This document shows, piece by piece, positions 58,675 to 64,000 of a stretch of DNA of 64,000 nucleotides. The position numbers and the translations under genes are program-made. The stretch covers positions 32,001-96,000 of the forward strand of contig CBDUPA010000005.1 of assembly GCA_965368975.1 (NCBI GenBank). The letters are read 5' to 3'. Below the pieces are notes generated by a model. That model had not been told where the DNA came from. It worked only from the letters and a program-made list of their open reading frames with translations, and searched no databases. How positions within the stretch are numbered: the first letter of the stretch is position 1; every line of letters begins with the position of its first letter. Source of the DNA: an uncultured bacterium. Its GTDB lineage: Bacteria; Acidobacteriota; Thermoanaerobaculia; Multivoradales; JAHZIX01.

Positions 58675-58757
58675 GGAGTTCGTAGTGAAACGAGACTCCA
58701 TTCTCTGTTCTCGTACTGCAAAGAACAAGCCAGTGACCTGTAGTATTCTCCCAGTCC

Positions 58758-60134
58758 ATGAGTCCTCCGGATCCAGCCGTCTCTCCGTTTCCCAACCCTC
58801 AGCAAGTGCGTGACTTGTTGCGCCAGGTTTTGGAGACATCGCCCGCGGACTTCACGGAATTGGCCTGGCTCGGACGCACAAGCTGGCGCGCCACGACCAG
58901 TGCGAAGGTCGAGGCGATCGAAGACCCTCGGCAGGTTGTGCTGCTGCGGGTGGTCGAACGAGGGCGGGTTGGCCTGCAGCGACTTGGCGGCGTCGACATC
59001 GCGGACTTGCGAATGGCGGTGCGCCAAGCGCTGGCGCACGCACGGGCAGAACCGGTGACGTCGCCACACTTGCCGAAGACCAGCGATGCCGAGCGGGCAG
59101 CGCAGGCCCTGGGTACCGACGAACTCTATGATCACGGCTTGGCCGAGTTGGTGCCGGCCGGTGTGCCGGGGTTGCTGGCGTCGTACCTACGCCGACGACA
59201 GGCGGCGGCGCTGGACTGGACGCACGGCAGCCTGGTGGTGGTCAACAGCGGTGGTCTGGAGCGCCGCGTCGATGCCACCTGCGCGACCTTGCGCGTGGTT
59301 TGCGGCCGCGGGCCGCATGCCGGCTTGGCGGCGGCCTCGGGACGGACGCTTGACGACTTGGACCCGGCATCGGTGGTCGAGCGGGCGCAAGAGAGAGAGG
59401 CGGAAGGAACCGTCGAGCAACCCGTGCCGCCGACGGCGCCCCTCGTGCTGGCACCCGAGGTCGTGACGGTCTTGCTGTCGCAACTCAATCACTGTGCGCT
59501 CACCGCCAGTAGCTTCCTCGAGGGCAGCTCGCCGCTGGTGAACAAGCTGGGAGAAGCCTGTTTCGATTCTTCGCTTCATCTGTGGGACGACGGCATGGAC
59601 CAGGACGGTTTGCCGTTCCCGTGCGATCTGCGAGGGCATGGCAAGCGGCCGCTGGAGATCGTGGTCGATGGCGTCCTGCGGACACCGGCCGTCAATGACG
59701 TGCTTGCCGCGAGGCTCGGCGACAAGGCCGGCACGTCGAGCGAGGTGACGTGGGCTACGACACCGCACGCGGTGGACGGTGACGAAGCCCGCTTTTGCCA
59801 TCTGTTTCTGGGCGGCGGTGAGCGGCTCGAAGACGAGTTGGTGCAAGACCTCGAAGACGGCTACTACATCAGCTCGCTGTCGCGCGTCGAGTTTTTCCCT
59901 CACGAGAGCCGGTTGCCGTTCCGCGTCCGTCTGTGTGGCGTACGTCACATCCGCGACGGTCACTTCGCCGAGGCGTTGCCTGAGCTGGTGTGGGAAGACG
60001 ACTTACTGCGCGTGCTGCAGAAAGTCGAAGCCGTCGCGCGCGAGCCCGTCAGTCTGGCCTGGGGTGATGGCTTCCTTGGCGGCGTGACCGCGCCGGCACT
60101 GGTGGTGGTGGCGCAGGGACTGCGCGCAAGCTAG
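58758..60134 (+). CDS. TldD/PmbA family protein (PmbA/TldE-like, no HExxxH)
   Basis: N-terminal LRVV..GRVG, VLAPEVV, LHLWDDG, P.DLRG, IVVDGVL, IRDG..EAL, VTAPALVV. Confidence 0.75.
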   Translation: MSPPDPAVSPFPNPQQVRDLLRQVLETSPADFTELAWLGRTSWRATTSAKVEAIEDPRQVVLLRVVERGRVGLQRLGGVDIADLRMAVRQALAHARAEPVTSPHLPKTSDAERAAQALGTDELYDHGLAELVPAGVPGLLASYLRRRQAAALDWTHGSLVVVNSGGLERRVDATCATLRVVCGRGPHAGLAAASGRTLDDLDPASVVERAQEREAEGTVEQPVPPTAPLVLAPEVVTVLLSQLNHCALTASSFLEGSSPLVNKLGEACFDSSLHLWDDGMDQDGLPFPCDLRGHGKRPLEIVVDGVLRTPAVNDVLAARLGDKAGTSSEVTWATTPHAVDGDEARFCHLFLGGGERLEDELVQDLEDGYYISSLSRVEFFPHESRLPFRVRLCGVRHIRDGHFAEALPELVWEDDLLRVLQKVEAVAREPVSLAWGDGFLGGVTAPALVVVAQGLRAS

Positions 60135-60196
60135 TACCGTCGCAGGGCCACTCTGTGGCCAAGACAGGCGCAGGCGAATACCAGCGCAAGGCGACT

Positions 60197-60547
60197 TCAG
60201 TCGCCCATTGCCTCCACGGCCTGCGCTTCATCCGGATAGATGTCGGCGTACTGAGCCAGGCCCATGATGTGGAAGGTCTTCTCGATCGTCGGGGTGAGGC
60301 AGCAGAAAGCCAGGCGGCCGCCGATCTCGATCATCTTCTCGATGATCTCGATCAAGATGGAGATGCCGATCGAGTTGACGATCTTCGTCCCGGACAGGTT
60401 GAGCAGCAGCAACTTGTGCCCCTGCTCGATCAACTCATAGGCGATGCGGGCGATCTCTTCGCCCCCCTGGTTGTTGATGTAGCCTTCCGTGTAGATGATC
60501 GCCAAGGGGTCTCTACGATCGACAGACAATTTCAGGCTTTCGGTCAT
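60197..60547 (-). CDS. STAS-domain anti-sigma factor antagonist (RsbV/SpoIIAA-like)
   Basis: LLLNLSGTKIVNSIGISIL with the conserved phosphorylatable Ser; IEKTFHIMGL. Confidence 0.88.
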   Translation of the reverse strand: MTESLKLSVDRRDPLAIIYTEGYINNQGGEEIARIAYELIEQGHKLLLLNLSGTKIVNSIGISILIEIIEKMIEIGGRLAFCCLTPTIEKTFHIMGLAQYADIYPDEAQAVEAMGD

Positions 60548-60668
60548 GACGGTGTTCCTGTTTCAGCCTGTTTCTGTTCTAGCCTGGTTCCCGGATCTGC
60601 GATGCTGCTGTGTGTCCGCCCCGGTCGCCGTGGAAGCTCTCGAGGGCGCGGTGGCAGGTGGGAGCATA

Positions 60669-61103
60669 TCAACGCAGCTTGCACATGACGACCTTGGTTC
60701 CGCTCGAGCTGGAATCGATGGAGACTTCGTCCATCAGGCCGCGGATAATGGTCAGGCCCCAACCGCGCTTGCGGCTGGACTTGATCTTCTGCTCCATGTT
60801 GGGCGTTTCGAGTTCTTGAGGCGAGAAGCCGACGCCGGAATCCTGCACCGTGATGCAAAGTTTCTCCGGGTCCTGCTGGCCGAGGATCGCGACGCGCAGG
60901 TGCACTTCGCGGTCTGAGGCGTTGCTGTGCTCGAAGGCGTTGATACACGCCTCCACGACAGCCATCCGGACCTCGTCGATCTTGTCCGGACTCATCCGCA
61001 TCTCCTCGGCAAGGGTCGTGGCCGTCTTGCAGGCCTCGATCTCCATGTCGGGAAGCATCGGTAGCCTCAGGGTCACCTCCCTGATTGTGGCATCTCCCGC
61101 CAT
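60669..61103 (-). CDS. Anti-sigma factor / Ser kinase (RsbW-like)
   Basis: MAVVEACINAFEH (N box), VQDSGVGF (G1), RGWGLTIIRGLMDEV (G2), GTKVVM. Confidence 0.9.
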   Translation of the reverse strand: MAGDATIREVTLRLPMLPDMEIEACKTATTLAEEMRMSPDKIDEVRMAVVEACINAFEHSNASDREVHLRVAILGQQDPEKLCITVQDSGVGFSPQELETPNMEQKIKSSRKRGWGLTIIRGLMDEVSIDSSSSGTKVVMCKLR

Positions 61104-61159
61104 AGCCGTTGACCCCTCAGGCTGGTTCTTCTTGGCATGGACAGACCCAGTACAGGCTG

Positions 61160-61315
61160 TCAGAAAGTGAGGTACAGCTGCAGGAAGAAGACCGCGATGG
61201 GGTGAACGAGATCATGGGCGAGAAGCCAAGCGAAGGTCGCCAATACTCCCACGGAGAGGACTGCTTCGGATGAGATGACAGGTACTGCGACGAGCTTACG
61301 GACTGAGTCTAGCAT
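61160..61315 (-). CDS. 51-aa small hydrophobic protein MLDSVRKLVAVPVISSEAVLSVGVLATFAWLLAHDLVHPIAVFFLQLYLTF
   Basis: Perfect AAGGAGG RBS 5 nt before ATG 61315; hydrophobic; directly upstream of rsbW-like gene. Confidence 0.65.
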   Translation of the reverse strand: MLDSVRKLVAVPVISSEAVLSVGVLATFAWLLAHDLVHPIAVFFLQLYLTF

Positions 61316-61343
61316 AGCGACCTCCTTGATGCCCTCCTCTATC

Positions 61344-61359
61344 GCAAAGGTGCTGCCAA
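61344..61359 (-). promoter_or_regulatory. Putative sigma54 (-24/-12) promoter
   Basis: Minus strand TTGGCAGCACCTTTGC = GG-N10-GC; the expected start site falls just upstream of the RBS of the 51-aa ORF. Confidence 0.6.
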
Positions 61360-61710
61360 GTCTGATTCGATGCGCTGGCACAGGCGGAAGTCGTTTGTTC
61401 TTAGATATTTGATGGAAGTCAGCGGTGGTAATGGCAGTCATGGGGACCGGGGCATTATGTCGCGCTTCGTGAGGTGGTAGCCATCTGTACACCAGATTTC
61501 CATAGTTCCCCGGGGTGCGACCTTTGCCAGTGGGGCGAAATGTCGCGTGCGGGGCATTGTGGCGCGGGCGCTGTCCCGAGTTCTGGACGCCTGCTGTCCC
61601 CGGTTCTGGACGCTTTGACTGTTCCTGTGTCCCTTGTGGTCGCAGTGCCGCGCTAAGAAGCGCTGGGATAGACTGCCTGTCATGGACCACCAGCGAGGAA
61701 CTCACCACCC

Positions 61711-62745
61711 ATGAACGACCCGTCTATCAACTACCAAGCCATGAAGAGCCCGTCTCGCAACCACCAGCCGATGCCCTTTTGGGTCGTGGCGGTGTCATGT
61801 CTGCTGCTGTGGTCGCTGTTCTTACCCGGTGCGGCAGTCGCGGACGATCTGCAACGTGCGCGTGAGCTGATCGATGCCGGGGAACCCGAGGAGGCGTTGG
61901 AAGAGATCCTGAATCCCTGGATTCGCCGGCACTCGACGGACGCGCAGGCCCTGCTCCTGCGCAGCACGGCTCGCTTCATGGTCGATGATCCGATCCGTGG
62001 CAGGCAAGATCTGGATCTGGCGCTGGAACTCGATCCGAGCTTACGCCAAGGGTGGCTCAACCGGGCTGCCCTCTACCTCAGCGAAGGGCGTTACAGTTCA
62101 GCGTTGCAGGCGCTGCTGCAAGCGCGCGAGCTGGACCCGTCGGCGGCGGACAACGACCTCAACATCGGTGCCGTGCTCCTGCTCATGAACCGTCGCGAAG
62201 AAGCTCAGGCATCCCTGGGACGCTATTTGGTCGCCCATTCGGACAGTGCCGAGGCCGAGTACTTGGTGGCATCGAACTACGCCAGTGTAAGTTGGGCTGA
62301 GCCAGCTCTGCGCCACCTGAGTCGGGCGATCGAACTCGAAGAACGCAGCCGCCTACGCGCGCGTGCCGACGGCAATTTTACCCCCTTGGCGGGTGATTCT
62401 CGCTTCCAGCAGTTGCTGAGCCGGGACACCTACCGTCTGCCATCCGGAGCCCGCCAGGAGCGACGTACCTATCCGGTGGCCTACGATGCGCGGGAGGCTC
62501 GGCTACTCGGTGCTGTGCTCGATGCGGTGCGCGCGGCTGGCCTGAGCTTCGATCCACGCGTCGAGGTGACGTCCGAGTGGGCGCTCGTGTGGGGTGAGTT
62601 GCGCATCAAGGTCTCGGGCACGGGGGGTACTGGCGTTGTCGAAGTCAGCGCGCCGGCAGAATCTCTGACGGAAACTCAATGGCAGCAGCGCACGGCTCGC
62701 CTGTTCCAGGCGGTTGATGCTGAACTGGCCAAGCGCGGAGGATAA
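61711..62745 (+). CDS. Secreted TPR-repeat protein
   Basis: Signal peptide (..PGAAVA); TPR motifs ALELDPS, ARELDPS; C-terminal YLVASNYA..ALRHLSRAI; start could be 61741 or 61771. Confidence 0.8.
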   Translation: MNDPSINYQAMKSPSRNHQPMPFWVVAVSCLLLWSLFLPGAAVADDLQRARELIDAGEPEEALEEILNPWIRRHSTDAQALLLRSTARFMVDDPIRGRQDLDLALELDPSLRQGWLNRAALYLSEGRYSSALQALLQARELDPSAADNDLNIGAVLLLMNRREEAQASLGRYLVAHSDSAEAEYLVASNYASVSWAEPALRHLSRAIELEERSRLRARADGNFTPLAGDSRFQQLLSRDTYRLPSGARQERRTYPVAYDAREARLLGAVLDAVRAAGLSFDPRVEVTSEWALVWGELRIKVSGTGGTGVVEVSAPAESLTETQWQQRTARLFQAVDAELAKRGG

Positions 62746-62747
62746 GC

Positions 62748-64000
62748 ATGCGACACCGAAACACGATTCTGCACAGCAAGCTGGCCACGGCAGGCGGGCT
62801 GCTGCTGAGCCTGACTTTGACGGCGCTCCCCGTGTTGGCGCAGCGCGGTTGGGGTGGTCACGATCGGGGCTGGGTACGATACGAGCGGGAAGGCGGCTGC
62901 ATCGGCGGGGACCGCTGCGAGCGCAACGGCGAGCGCCTGCGGGTGCCGTTGTATGACGACACGGTCTACGGTGTGCGCTTCCATGCGCACGACGATGTCG
63001 GCAACCGCAGCCGCGGACACTTGAGAGTGTCGATCGATGCGCGGGTGATCGCCTACGACATCGATATCGCCAAGCGTGGTGAGGTCTATGAACTCGCCGT
63101 GCAGGGCATGCGCGGCAGATACCTGGAATTCGAGGCCTTGTACAACGATGAAGTTGTGGTGTCTGATATCGAAGTCTGGTACGGGCGCGGCTACCGGCCG
63201 CCGGGCGACCAGCCCGGTGGTGGCTACGGTGGCCCAGGCTATGACGATCACCCAGGGTATGGCAGTCCGGGCCATGGCAGCTCTGGGGGCGGCTATGACG
63301 ACTGGGATGACGCCTGGCGCCGGTATCAGCAGCAGGGTTGTATCGGTGGTGCCCGCTGCGACGAGCAGCAGAGTTTGCGCGTCTCGCTGGAGTCGGCACC
63401 GGTGACAGCGGTTCGCTTCGATGCCCACGATGATGTTGGCGATCGTAGCAACGGTTTCCTGCGCGTGCGCATCGATGATGCCATCCTCGAGTACCGTCTG
63501 GACATTGCCAAGCGTGGTGATACCTACGAGATCCCGGTGCGGGGCCTTCGCGGGCGGACGTTGATCTTCGAGACCGCCACCGACGATGAGGTCGTGGTGC
63601 GAGATATTGCTGTGCGCTATCAGACCGGGTACAGCTCGGGCTGGCATCCGGGCGGGCAACCGGGTGGCGGGCAGCGGCCTTCGAGCTATGGTAGTAGCCG
63701 AGGCTGGACGTCCTACGATCGCTACGGCGGCTGTTTCGGTGGTGCCCGCTGCGACGACCGTGGCGGACAGATCCGTGTGCCGCTAGAGGATCAACCGGTT
63801 CTGGAGGTCCGCTTCTACGCCCACGATGACGTCGGTGACAAGAGCCGTGGGCACCTGCGCGTCTCGATCGACGGCTGGACCCTGCTCGAAGATCTCGATG
63901 TGCCCAAGGAGGGCGATGTCTTCGTGCTCGACGCTGATGGCCTGCGTGGCCGGGCCCTGGTCTTCGAGACGGTGCGCGACGACGAGATCGTCGTCCAGCA
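62748..64000 (+). CDS. Secreted protein with at least three repeats of an unrecognised ~105-aa beta-rich domain (3' end outside window; absent from ORF track)
   Basis: Hand translation is open from ATG 62748 to the window end; signal peptide ..LPVLA; repeats GC(I/F)GGxRC..VRFxAHDDVG..LRVxID..D(I/V)xKxG..GxRGRxLxFE..DE(V/I)VV separated by Gly/Tyr/Pro linkers. Confidence 0.85.
   Translation, partial: MRHRNTILHSKLATAGGLLLSLTLTALPVLAQRGWGGHDRGWVRYEREGGCIGGDRCERNGERLRVPLYDDTVYGVRFHAHDDVGNRSRGHLRVSIDARVIAYDIDIAKRGEVYELAVQGMRGRYLEFEALYNDEVVVSDIEVWYGRGYRPPGDQPGGGYGGPGYDDHPGYGSPGHGSSGGGYDDWDDAWRRYQQQGCIGGARCDEQQSLRVSLESAPVTAVRFDAHDDVGDRSNGFLRVRIDDAILEYRLDIAKRGDTYEIPVRGLRGRTLIFETATDDEVVVRDIAVRYQTGYSSGWHPGGQPGGGQRPSSYGSSRGWTSYDRYGGCFGGARCDDRGGQIRVPLEDQPVLEVRFYAHDDVGDKSRGHLRVSIDGWTLLEDLDVPKEGDVFVLDADGLRGRALVFETVRDDEIVVQ

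Noticed and set aside
62676-63659. 327-aa minus-strand ORF with internal repeats
   Set aside because: It is the antisense shadow of the real + strand repeat protein starting at 62748.

Overview
A 64-kb GC-rich bacterial chromosomal segment, probably Acidobacteriota (inferred from a TIGR03435-like domain protein, an ADOP-type duplicated permease and a TIGR02999-type ECF sigma/kinase pair). It holds about 47 genes. I found no rRNA, tRNA, CRISPR array or IS element by eye. Housekeeping genes (pdxH, an aspC-type aminotransferase, sucA-sucB-lpdA, pcm x2, a PlsB-like acyltransferase, rsbW/rsbV) are interleaved with accessory loci. Highlights: (1) the 2-oxoglutarate dehydrogenase E1 (SucA) carries an intact cyclic-nucleotide-binding (CNB) domain inserted in its N-terminal linker; (2) a graspetide (ATP-grasp RiPP) locus has two unrelated precursor peptides, one missing from the ORF track; (3) two tandem TIR-STAND(-TPR) NLR-like genes; (4) an ECF sigma + Ser/Thr kinase module followed by a secreted six-cysteine defensin-like peptide; (5) a TonB receptor-troABCD metal uptake operon with a permease-DtxR/MntR repressor fusion and a perfect 22-bp palindromic operator on a consensus sigma70 promoter; (6) an orphan KS-AT-ACP-C-A-PCP megasynthase without a TE domain; (7) an ABC-ATPase + TOPRIM-like (DUF4276-type) pair; (8) a secreted protein with three copies of an unrecognised ~105-aa domain running off the right edge. 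All family assignments come from motif recognition by eye, not database searches.
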